Assembly: GCA_051942205.1 (NCBI GenBank)
Contig: JAVECO010000183.1
Location: 1-44,842 of the forward strand
Source: Coniocarpon cinnabarinum
Taxonomy: Eukaryota
Direction: 5' to 3'
Length of the DNA: 44,842 nt
Shown: positions 23,101-34,824 of the stretch, one piece after another
Position numbering within the stretch: the stretch's first letter is position 1
Layout of the letters: the number at the start of each line of letters is the position of its first letter
Notes under the pieces: model-generated
What the model was told of the DNA's origin: nothing
The model's input: only the letters and a program-made list of their open reading frames with translations
Databases searched by the model: none
Position numbers and translations under genes: made by a program

Positions 23101-23379
23101 ACTTATAGGGACGTCATAGCATTCCAAAGAACCCTTACTGTTAAAAGACGAGAAGCTTCTAGCCACGTAGCAATGCATGCAATCTCAGACACAACTCTTC
23201 TCAACATTGTCGCAGCTTCATGACTGGCTGACGCTATCGATCCTAAGCAAGTAGACATATGCGTACCTCGAATCCAGTCACAGGAAGGACTTACCTTCAT
23301 ACAGGCTCAGCTGCCTATATAGAGCTGCGCCCATCACAACATTCATCTCGCAGCAGCTATTGGCAACTCCCGCCTCCTC

Positions 23380-24222
23380 ATGCTGCCCGGGCCAGGACTA
23401 GTCATGAACACACCTCTCGTACAACATCTCGTCACCGTGAAAAACTCGACAGAAATGTTCCTCTTGAAGCAAGCGCTGAACCTGGGTCAATACGCCACCA
23501 GCCAGATGTCAAAACGTACAAGTAACGCCATGTCAGAAGAATTCGCCGCGCGCCTTCGGTCCTCCGAAAAGCACAATCGCCTCGCTTTGGCTCATGCTTA
23601 TCAGAAACCTGGATCACCTCTCCAAAAAAAAAAAAAAGGTATCCACTTTAGCTAAGCGGCTGTACACTCTGGCACGAAAGAGGGACTCGTGGCCACGTCG
23701 AGGATCGCGTTCAACCATGCGCAAATCTCCCGCTACGAGTGAGCACAGCCAGGATACTGACACGTCCGTGACGCTCTGTCTGGACTGATTTGATTTCATC
23801 TGGGTTTCGCTAGGTTCAAAGGAATGACTGAGCCAGTCGTCACCTCAGAAAAGAATACATCACTGTCTTGTACGCATCCCAACACCATAGGAACCAGCTT
23901 CCCCATGCGAACGTCCCATCAACTTGAAACTTACCTCGAAACACAAAACAGAAACAAGGATCACCATGCCGGACCATGCCACTTCACGGTGTCACACGCT
24001 CTCAGTGCGCTTGTGCTCGCTTACGTCCTCTTTACCTCAATTGACACATCGCACCGCTCCTATGTGCGATTACTCGACCTACCTCAGGATGGGGATACGA
24101 GTCTCGTCAACGCAAAGATGCGGTCAGTTTACCTTTTCGGTCCCCACGCAAGCAGCTCACGCCGTTCTTCCCTTCTCTTTCTATTTCCCCTCTCTTCGAT
24201 TTTGCCATCCTCGTGTTGTTGA
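23380..24222 (+). other. Possible weak or degenerate spliced ORF (uncertain)
   Basis: TATATA upstream (~23316), ORF 23380-23655, and a plausible intron from GTGAGC (~23739) to TAG (~23812) linking into ORF 23824-24222. An A-run and stop at ~23624-23655 interrupt the frame. No coherent full model could be built. Confidence 0.2.
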
Positions 24223-24819
24223 TACCACCGTTTTTCTTCTTTGACCGTGGTTTCTTTTGGGGGGGATTATACACTGACCTAATTGCCTGTCCATGTTACC
24301 GTTCCACTGGTCTTTCAGCGCCGCTGGTTTCTCTGCGTTTGTACGTCTCTACTTCGTTTCGCCGAGCTATACTTCTCCAGCCCTGTTTCACTTCTCTTCC
24401 CCCTTCTTGATGCTCTCGTCTCCTTCGATCTCTAAGCCACTGTCATACTTCGCACTCACTCGACGTCAATCACACCATTAAAGGACCAATCCATCCCATC
24501 ATCACCCAAACAAACATCATCACTCAAGTCATCCGTCAGCACTAAGACACAGTGTCCTCACCGATCCTCGCAATGCCATCTGCCGAATCCCCATCATCTA
24601 CGATAAGCAGTACAACGACTCAATCAATGCAATAGAGTAATCGGATCAGAGTCGGATTCAGAGGTTCGAGGTCCTTTGGAGATCTGACAGCGCTGCGAAC
24701 GTGGGTTTGTAAAGTGAGAGCATAAGCATGGGAATCTGGAATTGCAGTATGCGATGGTATGTTTACGGTGTGGTTCTGTCGTAACACATCGCTTCTGTAA
24801 GCCGGGTGTGCAGCATTCT

Positions 24820-24941
24820 AGTTTACAGTATCTGAGTTCAAGGCATCTAGAGTTTGACGTATCTGAGTTCACAGTATCATAGTTCACAGTATCTTAGTTC
24901 ACAGTATCTTAGTTCACAGTATGTAGAGTTTGACATATTAG
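24820..24941. repeat. 15-16 bp minisatellite (AGTTCACAGTATCTT consensus) x ~8
   Basis: Units start at 24820, 24835, 24851, 24866, 24881, 24896, 24911 and 24927. Central copies are near-identical and flanking copies are degenerate. Confidence 0.88.
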
Positions 24942-25602
24942 ACATTTAAAGTCTTGAGTGTCTCTGTGCAATGGCATATGTGAAATGTGAAATTGAAGTG
25001 TCTGAATGTCACATCTGAAATAACGCTCTCAGAATGCTACACCTGAAATGCGATATCTGAAGGGTACACACAAAGCAGCCAGCAATCAGCACAGTGAGGC
25101 CTCCCAAACTTTTCTGCTTGAACGCTGTAGCACTTTGCCTTTTCGCGAAAAAAATCTTCACTTCGCAAGACGCTCTAAACCGCTCTGGCCTCCCCAATTG
25201 ACTCTCCTCTTCCCTTGCTCCCTCTCTGTTGTTTCTCTTTTGCACGTCGACGATCCAAACCTCCTTCGGCTCCTTGAGGCCTCATCTTTCTATTCTTTAC
25301 TTTTTTATGCATGTCTGATATGTTGTGTATATGTCGGAATGAAGTAGACTTTCAGAAATAGATGAACATGTCGAAGACGAAATGGAGGAAACGCTCAATC
25401 GTGATGGTCGTCGGATCGTGAGGTCAGGCCGTCATGTTGTATGTTGTGTTGATGTGTTGCTGTGATGGTGTGTTAATTTGTACAGTGCAATCAATGTCAA
25501 TATCTAGAAGAGCCGTGAAACCGTATCTGCCGTTAGTGCTTTTTCCCCTTCTCTTTCGTCGCTAGCTTTGCGGAATGGCTTTCTCCAAGTGAGATGTCTC
25601 AT

Positions 25603-28600
25603 CTATTCCAGCTCCTCATCAGCCTTGCCCGACCGATCCCTCCGTCGCCAAAAACCTCTCTTCGCCTTCCTTTCCTTTTCCCCATCGTCCAGCCCCAATT
25701 TCGAGACCCGCCCACGCAAACTCTCCGGCGTCAACGTCTGGTCCCGTCCCCAGTCTTTGCGATCCTGGGCATCTCGCAGCTCGCGGCCTTCGCGACCCCC
25801 TTTGAGGCTCTTCCCACCGAGTCCCTGCAACCGACCCTGACTTCGCTTCCTGACAATACCGGGCAGGTTATCGCCACTCAAGTCGCGCATCGTGCGGATC
25901 ACAAAGCCGCGACCGTCGTCATCGGAGTCGACACCGCCGTCTTCGCTTGTGGCGGTGCTGCTGAATGCCAGACCCGCGTTGTTCATGTACGTACTTCCAT
26001 TCAGCTGCGCGGCAGTTGCGACGGGGCGTCCAATGGGCTGCGAGGCTGTACGCGGGCGCGAACTAGAGCTTGGGCGGTATCCCGCAGTCGAGAAGGGCCG
26101 CGTGGGGGGCACGAGCGTGCTCGGCGCGCACTCCTGTTTTTGTTTCGACTTACGCCGACTGGGGCTCTTCACCGATAGGCGTTTCTTGCGCTCGGCGAAG
26201 CTGGCGTCGGACTGAGTGGTTGACTGTGGAGAGGGGTTGATGGAGACGGAGCGCGACGCTTCGTTGATGCTCCAGAATTCTTCCGGCGCGACTTCCATGC
26301 GCTCGGCCGTGGCGACCCACCTGTGTGCGAGACCACTGGGCACGCGCTCACTCCGGTCAGCAGCGTGGAAAGCGGCGCGCGTGCGTTGACGAAGGGCGAG
26401 GCAGATGTCATGGAAGCGAGCGAGGTCGCCAGTGAGGCTGTTGGAGAGCTTCGCGGCCCCATTGATGGTGCCGTTGGGGCCTTCAAAGGAGCCTTTCAGC
26501 CCTTCCAGCCAAATGTCAACGAGGGTCGCAAGGCTGCGAGCGCGGTCAATAAGGTACGGCAGACTGGGAAAGCCTTCCCGAGAAGTGAGAGGTAATTTGT
26601 TGAAGATCATGACGGGAGCACCGTAGCTCGTAGGCATCGGTGAAGCGGGCTCGTCGGAGCGGATGGAGCAGATCTCGTCAATGAACTTCTTGAATGTCTG
26701 TCGGTTGTCCGAAAGGAAGCTGTTCATAGGTGCCATCCAGGGCTCCTTGCTGCCAAAGGTGGACATGCTCGCAAGGCCATTGAGAGACTTGGCGACGAGA
26801 ATAAACGTTCGCTGAGCATTCCCGGATGCGGAGACTGTCACCAAGCCGAAGAGGTGAGGGTTGAGAATGGCGGCGCAGAAAAAACGCAGAAAGAGAAAGC
26901 CGGAGACTGATGAATAGGTTACACTGCGCATATAGTCTCCATAGCGATCGTCAGCGCATGCTCGAATGTGGCGAAAAATGGTGCGCAACTCTGCTGGACA
27001 GTTGTTCGCGCTCTTCCGTATGCGATCCCACAACGTCGCCGTCACACTTTCCAATCGCCTCCAGGCTTTTTGCAGATCATAGTCAGGCGCTGTTTTCGCC
27101 GGATCGACTTCGCATTGAAAATCACGCGAGGCAATTTGGCGCAGAAGCGAGCCAATCGTCTCATCCAGATAGACGTGCCCGACGCGTCGCATATGAAAGT
27201 CCAGAGCTTTGCTGAGAAGCGAGTTGCCGCGAAACAGAAGATTCGCTTCTTGTGTGGCAGACTTGTTCAACTCGCGAACGACACCCTCGCGATTACTTGA
27301 CGCCGCTAATGTAGCAAGCGACTCATGAGACTCCTTCGAGTCGAGCCGGTGTGTGAAGCGCGTCCGACTGACGGCTTGCTCTCGAACTCCGTCAACTTCC
27401 TCTTCGGCAAGCGCCATCAACCACTCTGTGGCCTGGCCGGAGACTTGGAAAATATCCAAGAGACATGTGGAAAGACGGCCGAGTTCCAGTGGAATGCGCT
27501 CGTACATTTGCAGCGTCAGAGCGTTGGAAAAATTGTGAAGAAGGTCCGATACAGCGTCGTATTCGCGGTCCATAAGCACCGTGTCTTCCTCTTGGCGAAT
27601 CTTCACTGACACTTCGCCAACTACATTGCCAACGTCGTCACTGAGGAGATACCAAGACTCAATGTCGACGCCACTGGCGAGCATTGAGGTTTCTATGACG
27701 GCCTCACCAACAACTTCAAAGGCTTTGGCAGTCGGTGAGTTGCCAGAACGAGGCCAGCGTTGTGACTGGTCTTTCGGCGGCGGCACACCGGGGATGGGCG
27801 CTGTGGACAACTCATCAATCTGCTGGCCCGGCCTAGACTGAATCTGCCGCTTCAATCGAATCGTGATACATGAGAGCCCTGAGGCAAAATCGTGAAAATC
27901 AAATTGATCGTACCAAACAGGTTCCACAGTCTGGTATTTGATCGTCGACTTGGCTTTAACCTGGCCGTCTAGCAAAATTTCTGCGCGATAATCTGCAGTC
28001 GTTGTTGACTTGTGTTGACCAGCTCCAGAGCCCCTTGAAGTGCCGTCACCAGTCTTAGTCGCCAGGACATCCCAATGATATATCTTCGCTTCATTCAGCT
28101 TTAGGTGTAGCGAGCGCTCCAATCTGAAGTACAACGGCGTTACAGACGGCTCGAGCCCGGGCAGAACGCCTACGTCGAGCGGAGGACTAGCGGCTTGCAT
28201 TCGACTTGTCCCGTAAAGTTCGGGGATGGCGTGTGCCCTCATTAATACAAACCATACTTCGTAAAGCTCTCGTGACTCAAATGAAAGATAGATTGGTCGT
28301 AATCGTGAACATGCGGTAGTGGACTGGGCGTATTGCGGATAGATTGCAATGATGCAGTCTGCCCCGAAGACCGTCATTCCCAGGCGTTGGACCGCGCTGC
28401 GTGGGAAATCGGCTAAGTGTACCGTGGCTATGAACTGGAGCTCCTGTGACAAGATGCGAAGCTCGCCCTTTGCGTTGAGCAAACAAGAAACAGGCCTCCA
28501 TGTTGTTGTTGTTGTTGTCGTCGTCGTCTTCGAAGCTTGCGGCGAGTCCGTCAGACTTTCTCGTTCCTTGGGCTTGTCGACCTCAATCAGCATTGCATTC

Positions 28601-29784
28601 CCTGCTTTCCTGATGGGATTGTCACCTTGTCCCTGGTCCACGAGAGGCAAGTAATTTGATATCTGACGGATTAGGTTAGGCCTTTGCTGTTCGCGCCGAG
28701 CTGTCAGATGTTGACCGAGCTGAACAGAGCTCCAGCATAGCATTGCTGCGAACCAAGCATTCAGGTACTGAGGGCTTATGGGACAAATCTGCAAGCTCTC
28801 GCGACCGACCACGGTTGATATATGCAGCACAGTGGCCCCAAGAACTCGATGTAGTACAGCTTGGACCTTGCACTTGCGAAGATCCTGCAGTAAGCAAGAA
28901 TTCTGTTGCTTCCCTTCGTCTGTGCTACACAAGCTGCCTGAGTCGGCATCAATGAAGCACTGTGCTTCTTCCCAGGGCTGAGCTATCACTTGGCGAAAGT
29001 GAAGTCGCCCTTGCATGCGTCCACGAGTCGTCCGCATGAGCTGCAGCATCTTCCTCGGATCGACAATAGGCGTCGGTCGTCCGTCCTCAGGTTCCACGTT
29101 CGCTACATCGTCATTGCCGGCCAAAAGGCGGCGACCGGCCGCCGGAGCCACGCTGTCCTGGGAAATCGTGTTCGGGCGTACTTTGTCAGATTTTCTCCTT
29201 GGACGCGTATCCACTGGCGAATGCGGACGAACGTCCCACTCAGTCTTGCTCTCGGGAATGACGGTGATGGACTTTCTTTTAGCCTGCCTGTCCGAATGAG
29301 CACGGTCTGTTGAGGGGCGGGGCGCAAAGCGCGGTGACTCGATGGAACCTTTCGGTGATCGCACAGAGTCGTGACTGGGACGCTGTTGACCCCGGAAAGT
29401 GTCTTCATCCTGGAACTTGAACAAATGACGCAGACGCTCGTCTTTGTAGATGTTGGACGTATAGCCCTCGTTGCTGTTTCTTGTGCTGGGCCGAGCCGGC
29501 ACTTCGGCAGCGATGCCAGGGAAGGAGTTGAGCTCCGGAGACGTCAGTTGCGACGAGTCTGTTGAGGAATGCCTTGGTCTTGGTCTTGGGGTGGTCGACG
29601 TCGGCCGCAAGGTGGCTAGCTTGGAGGACGATTCACTGCGGAGCGAAAGCGCCTTGCGCCTAGTGGACTTGAGCTGGTGTGCGGCTCGTACGGGACTGGT
29701 ATCCTCGGACGACGTTCTCGTGCCACCGCTGTGCCCATTGGGCTGCCGCATTGTCCTCGCGCGAGCGTTGCGGTCCCAGTCCAT
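25603..29784 (-). CDS. C2-domain Ras GTPase-activating protein (Bud2/Cla2-like), 1393 aa
   Basis: Intronless ORF. C2-like region (RAEILLDGQVKAKS..PVWYDQFDF), arginine finger LLFRGNSLLSKALD and GFLFLRFFCAAILNPHLF signature. Poly-Thr tract at ~28500-28527. Confidence 0.93.
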   Translation of the reverse strand: MDWDRNARARTMRQPNGHSGGTRTSSEDTSPVRAAHQLKSTRRKALSLRSESSSKLATLRPTSTTPRPRPRHSSTDSSQLTSPELNSFPGIAAEVPARPSTRNSNEGYTSNIYKDERLRHLFKFQDEDTFRGQQRPSHDSVRSPKGSIESPRFAPRPSTDRAHSDRQAKRKSITVIPESKTEWDVRPHSPVDTRPRRKSDKVRPNTISQDSVAPAAGRRLLAGNDDVANVEPEDGRPTPIVDPRKMLQLMRTTRGRMQGRLHFRQVIAQPWEEAQCFIDADSGSLCSTDEGKQQNSCLLQDLRKCKVQAVLHRVLGATVLHISTVVGRESLQICPISPQYLNAWFAAMLCWSSVQLGQHLTARREQQRPNLIRQISNYLPLVDQGQGDNPIRKAGNAMLIEVDKPKERESLTDSPQASKTTTTTTTTTWRPVSCLLNAKGELRILSQELQFIATVHLADFPRSAVQRLGMTVFGADCIIAIYPQYAQSTTACSRLRPIYLSFESRELYEVWFVLMRAHAIPELYGTSRMQAASPPLDVGVLPGLEPSVTPLYFRLERSLHLKLNEAKIYHWDVLATKTGDGTSRGSGAGQHKSTTTADYRAEILLDGQVKAKSTIKYQTVEPVWYDQFDFHDFASGLSCITIRLKRQIQSRPGQQIDELSTAPIPGVPPPKDQSQRWPRSGNSPTAKAFEVVGEAVIETSMLASGVDIESWYLLSDDVGNVVGEVSVKIRQEEDTVLMDREYDAVSDLLHNFSNALTLQMYERIPLELGRLSTCLLDIFQVSGQATEWLMALAEEEVDGVREQAVSRTRFTHRLDSKESHESLATLAASSNREGVVRELNKSATQEANLLFRGNSLLSKALDFHMRRVGHVYLDETIGSLLRQIASRDFQCEVDPAKTAPDYDLQKAWRRLESVTATLWDRIRKSANNCPAELRTIFRHIRACADDRYGDYMRSVTYSSVSGFLFLRFFCAAILNPHLFGLVTVSASGNAQRTFILVAKSLNGLASMSTFGSKEPWMAPMNSFLSDNRQTFKKFIDEICSIRSDEPASPMPTSYGAPVMIFNKLPLTSREGFPSLPYLIDRARSLATLVDIWLEGLKGSFEGPNGTINGAAKLSNSLTGDLARFHDICLALRQRTRAAFHAADRSERVPSGLAHRWVATAERMEVAPEEFWSINEASRSVSINPSPQSTTQSDASFAERKKRLSVKSPSRRKSKQKQECAPSTLVPPTRPFSTAGYRPSSSSRPRTASQPIGRPVATAAQLNGSTYMNNAGLAFSSTATSEDGGVDSDDDGRGFVIRTMRDLSGDNLPGIVRKRSQGRLQGLGGKSLKGGREGRELRDAQDRKDWGRDQTLTPESLRGRVSKLGLDDGEKERKAKRGFWRRRDRSGKADEELE

Positions 29785-30119
29785 ATCCGCCAGGAGGCAA
29801 TCGAATGGTGCGTATGCGCATCGACGCGTGTGTGAACGTTCAGAGGCTGGAGAAATGTGGCAGTAGTTCTATTTGTCGAGGTGCGGTTGAATCTTGTATT
29901 GGGCAGACTTAGTTGACGGCGATGGAGCTCAGAAGAGGCAGTGGTCGGGCAGATAGAGCAACGCGAAGTGAAGGCCGGTCACCATCTCGAGAGGGACGAG
30001 GTCGAGCTGGGGTGGTGGGAGAAATGCAGAGCTGGAGTGGAGTCAAAACACGAGTCGAGCAAGTCGCGGGTGCCGGGAGCGACGGGAGGTGGATCGGAGG
30101 CCGCGTCGGGAGTTGGAGG

Positions 30120-30143
30120 GAGGAGGAGGAGGAGGAGGAGGAG
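30120..30143. repeat. (GAG)8 microsatellite in a purine-rich tract upstream of the RasGAP gene
   Basis: Perfect run within a GA-rich region (30100-30240), i.e. a CT-rich leader on the RasGAP sense strand. Confidence 0.85.
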
Positions 30144-31408
30144 GGGAGCGGCGTGCTGGAAGGAGTGGAGTGGAGGGAGCGGAGAGAGAGGATGGCGAGG
30201 ATGGAGAGTGAGGAGGACTGGAGAGAGGCAGTGTGCAGAGTGGCAATTACCAATTACCTGACGCAAGAGTCAAGACCCGCAGGCTGCTGCCGCCGGTGCC
30301 GCTCAAGGGCGAGCTGCCCGCGAGTGCCTGGCGCCCGACAGGCTGCATGTAAGGGATCTTACTATATCGAGGTAGCCTACCCTGGCCCTGGCTGTCTCCG
30401 AAGCGTGATAATGCGCACGTTGGTGGCAGATGGTGTCCAGTCACGTGATCTCATCTGCGCTGCATGATTGGTGGCGGGACGCTCAATCACGTGGTTTGAT
30501 AAGTTTTGTCACCCACCTCGGGGTCCTGCTGTAGCCTGTGGGCCGGTAAAGCGGCGGGTCGGCCAGGGGCTTTTGGCTTCCCAGGCACAACACACCCACC
30601 ACGCACCACACGCTACATATCACCGGGGCACAGACACGCAGGCACCAGGGCTCACCAATCCTCTTCACCCGCTTCATCAAACCGTGCAAACCTCGCACCG
30701 CGCCCGCCAGCCTGGAAAGCGGTCATTTCTCCGACCATGCTAGTCAGTCCATCTGGCCCATTCCACCCATCCCTCCCATCCCTCCCCACACTACCAAATC
30801 CCCCCCCAGATGTCAAAGATGCCATCATCGCTCATGCAGCTCCATGTCGCTCTGGTCAAGTGGGTCCGGCATCCGTCCTCCCAGTCACCGATCCTGCCCT
30901 CTCCCATCTCCCTTCTGGTCATTCCTCCGTCCAACACTTCTCTCCCACAATCTGCCGCACCACTCGGCACTGCTGACCTTCCCCAATGCCCTTCCGAGAC
31001 CTGCTCTCTCTCAGCACAATCGCTGGGGTTCAGCAGCCGTGTGGACGTGATTCCGGTCTCCCCCCAGCGTCACCTTCCGCCTGGCTTCCCTGCCTCGCTC
31101 GTAAAGACGGAGATGCCTTCTCGCTTATCTCGTACCCTCCCCTCCTCTTTCCCAAGGGTGTCGGTCCGAACTCTCGAGTCTCAAGGCTGAGCAGCGATGC
31201 GTCGTCATATTAAGTCTGATTATCTGCGTTTATGTACAAGGTGCCGCGCGTGCGGCTAAACCGGTTCCCAATGAATCGTGTTGCGAGCTCCCCAGCGCTT
31301 TATTCGTACACCACCTTCTCAGCACCAATGGATGTAGTCTCTGGGTCCAAGGGCCTCATCGACCGTCGGCCGGAATCCTGTCTCTGTAGCGCGACTGCGA
31401 ACAGTCTC

Positions 31409-32463
31409 TCAGGCGTTCTTCACCACACCAACTTTCGGGGCCCGCAATACTCTTCCGTTCAACATGAACCCCTTTTGCACTGTGTGGAATACGGTGCCGT
31501 CTTCCTTGCCGGGCTGCGGTGCTTGGAAAGTCGCCTCGTGCAAGTTGGGATCGAATGTGTCACCGTTTTCTGAGGGGTCGAACCGCTCTATTCCATGCCG
31601 CCGCAGTGTGTTGAGGAGAACAGACGAGGTCATCTGCAGGCCACCGTGTAGCTCTCGTAACTCTTTGTATCTGTCATCTGCGTTGGCATCGTCTGAAGCC
31701 GGCTTCGCGACCTTGTCCGCCGGAACGTTGGCAAGAGCCAGATCCAGATTGTCGATGGATTCAATAAGATCTTTTGCGAACTTTTGTAGTGCAAAGTCTT
31801 TGGCGGCTTGCTGTTCCCTTCGCGATCGATCTTGTAGAGTTCTAAATTCTGCCACGGATCGAAGATATTTGTCCTGGTGGTGACATGGTCAGCAGAGCGG
31901 ACATACAAATGCAAGAGGGCTGTGGAAGCCGAGCTATGAAGGCCGACATTGTTTATTATGCGATTAAGTGTCTTTGAGGGGCATGCATCTCATTCGAGAC
32001 GACGCAGACTGTCCTGTCGCCGTTTCAAGACTCAGGTAGCCCTAGTTTCTACGCCGGTGCTTGACCTCGAAACTTGCCACAGTGACACTTCTTCGATGCC
32101 TTTTACAGACAATGCTCCTTCCAGAGTATAGAGTGAGTGTCGTACCTTGAGGTCGATGATTTCTCGATCCTTGGCTTCCATCTGTTTTTTGGCTGGGTCT
32201 TCCTTCTCGGCATCCGTCGACGAGGATTGGTCTTCTCGGCCTTCTTCTTGTTTCGGAACCTCTGCCGTTGACGAGTACCATCTCGCGAGTATCCTCGCAC
32301 GCGCGGGCTGTGGCAGTCTGCTAGACAAGTACGAAGGTGAACAGAATGGTTTGACACTGCAAGTACAGCGTGGCGAGGAGGTCGATAGCCGAGATCGCTG
32401 GACAGGCAACAAGGACCTTAAAGCAACTTGGCGTGTTTGGGTGATGAGATTTCGAGCATTCAT
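31409..32463 (-). CDS. MGE1: Mitochondrial GrpE nucleotide-exchange factor, ~260 aa
   Basis: Arg-rich presequence. Intron 31874-32145 (GTACGA..GCTGAC..CAG) gives DLKDKYLRSVAEFRTLQDR. Motifs QKFAKDL, FDPNLHEA and GFMLNGRVLRAPKVGV. Confidence 0.96.
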
Positions 32464-32736
32464 GACTTACTAGCAACGAATTTCGAGAATTATTAGATAT
32501 CAATGGAAAAGAATGCCGATACGTTGAGACGGGACTTTTTTGTGACGAAATCTTGAGTGGATCATTTTTGGGCAGGGTATGGAGATCGAAGTCTATTTAT
32601 TTGCGCCTAGGGTGCACTGTGGGTCAATGTGATTGACTCTCATCATGTCCGGCTATGCATGCAGAAAAGCATACGGAAAGCAATGAGTTCAAGCTTCGAA
32701 CAATGATCAAATGCGCCCTTCAGCAGGCGAATTGAT

Positions 32737-33792
32737 TCAAATGATAAAGGGAATCATTGCTGCTGACTTCCTAGGATATTTGTGCCCAAACTCGGCGCGG
32801 TACCTCTTCTCCTTCTTGCGTGCCCACACTGCCATCTGGTAGAATGCAAAGACTAGGAACACCGCTGTGCTAAGACTACGATTCGCTGCCCATATGCCCA
32901 GCCAAGCTATGGTTTCAAAAAAGTAGTTTGGACATGTCACTGGCACCAAGCTGAAAACCCCACCGGAGGGTATGCCACGCTCTTTCCCGCCCTCAGTCCT
33001 GAGGTTTTTGAGAGTCAGGTGTGCGGATAGATTACCCAATTCTCCAACAGTGAACAATGTTGCCGCCAGCGCTAACCACCAGTCTGGTGCTTCATGCGAG
33101 GTGGGAGAATAGGCGGCTGGCGAGTATGTGAAGAGAGCAATGTTCAGGCCTGCGAGGAGCCAATAGTGTGCTGAATTCTTGAAGATATTGAAGAGCGGCA
33201 TCGTTGCGGCTGAAAATCGGTGGACGTAGAGCGTCTCGAGTTCTCGCTTGATGAAATGCAGAAGGATGAAAGCAAGTGAGAGCTGTGCGGATCGCGTGGG
33301 AGGCGGGAACTCGGTGGCTCGATCGGGGCTGCGATAGACTGTCTGACGGAGGCCGAATATGAGCGGATGTATGAGGACTGGACCCAGATATTCGATAAGG
33401 AAAACTGTGCGCCATGCAATCTGTGGGCCTTTGGTGCCGCATCAGCTCTGTCAAACAGCCGCATTGCCCTCGAAAGGCTTACCCAGATCCTTCACAAATA
33501 CTGTGCTCTGCTCAAAGAGGCCGACATCCTCCACCGTCACGTTGCGCGCGTTGGGGATCGCTCCGCCATCCGAGGCTTTGGTGATACGTAGGCGGTTGAT
33601 GGGAAACCGTGACTTTGCGGCTATGCGAAGGTACAAGTCGTGGGGATTGTCATCTAGCTTGACGTAGGTCTCTTGAGGGAGATTTTTGATCGGTTTGCCT
33701 GCAGGCTATGTTTCAGCAGACGAGCAGCGGAAGGGGCCATGCTGGCTTGACGGACCTCGAGGGCGGACGGTGATGTACATGGGCTTGGACAT
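32737..33792 (-). CDS. TSC13: Very-long-chain enoyl-CoA reductase (steroid 5-alpha-reductase family), ~314 aa
   Basis: Introns 33699-33755 and 33429-33482 (AAG acceptor). Motifs VKDLGPQIAWRTVFLIEYLGP, HFIKRELETLYVHRFSAATMP, NIFKNSAHYW and VTCPNYFFE. Confidence 0.95.
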
Positions 33793-34824
33793 GGCTGAGC
33801 AGCTGCGAGACGCCGGCCGTTGAGGCCGATGGTCATACAAGGATCGAGCACATGCAAGACTGGTCACAAAGGGAGCGGCGGCGGAGGGGAGTGGAGGTGA
33901 GGTGAAGCTATGGAAGCTAAGGTGGTGGATATCGACGCAGCTGTGAGTGTGTGCGGAGTATTGGAAATGGCAGCTGGAAGACAGGTGGCCAAGTCCGGGC
34001 CAATAGCGGCCCCGCCCGTGTCAGCCCTAAACTTCAGGCGGAATGGATCGGCCCTTGAACCTCGCGCTAGCACACGCACTTGACACTGCGGCTGTTGTCT
34101 GCATGCATCCTTCCACCATCCCATCGGTCAAGGAATAGATACCAGGTGCGGTTAACGTGTGCGCTGGCTTGAATGACAGGACGTTGACGCATGCGAGCAA
34201 TGGGCTTGACGCGCAGAAACAGCTGCAAGTCGCTGCATTCCATCCTCTCAATGGCCTTCGCTCCTCACGGGGCGCTCTTCGTGTCCCCAGCCGCATGAGT
34301 TCCTGCGTAGGATCTTCCTCACAGCGTGCCCGCTGCACGACGGCGCGAGCTCTTGCAGAAAGGCGTTGCGCCGTCCCTTTGCCTCGTCTATCCCCGTCCG
34401 CCTCTTCCATCTGCCCTTCGAGTCTCCTACCATCTCTCTTTCTTGGCGCTTCGAACGACTCGCCGCTCGTGCCTGGACCTGTCTTAGCCGCTCAGCCATT
34501 GGCTCCAAGGCAACCGTTAGCAGAGTCCGACTCTGCATTTTGCACGCCTAGGGACCCACTCATGAGCCGAACTAGCTTCGAAAGACATGGGAAAGCAGAT
34601 CTATCATCCGGCGACACCGCCTGAAACTTTTTGTTCACGAGGCAAACACGGACGACCAGGCGGGACTATCTTCCCCACGTCGTTCTTAAAAGCTCACTGT
34701 CTCCTTTCCCTATCTCTCGGAGCAGTTTCACTGTAGGCATCGCATACCTTGGGGTCGCTGAGTTTGCAGGAAGATATGCCGCAGTGTCGTCGTCAGCTTC
34801 CCGCACAACTTTACAAGCCTCAAG

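Noticed and set aside
14400..25500. Transposon or Starship-like element explaining the orphan region
   Set aside because: No transposase, reverse transcriptase or tyrosine recombinase motifs, and no terminal repeats or RIP-type composition were seen by eye.
25568..29912. Multiple + strand ORFs overlapping the RasGAP gene
   Set aside because: Antisense shadows of a clear 1393-aa gene.
29909..31213. Low-complexity ORFs upstream of the RasGAP gene (e.g. 29913-30467, 30506-30976, 30810-31190)
   Set aside because: They arise from GA- and CT-rich tracts open in several frames at once, with no domain or splice support. A lncRNA cannot be excluded.
31990..32060. TPP riboswitch in the MGE1 intron (contains CTGAG, ACCTGA and GCGTAG words)
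   Set aside because: The words are in the wrong order for the TPP aptamer, the TAAT..C loop is missing, and the host gene is unrelated to thiamine.
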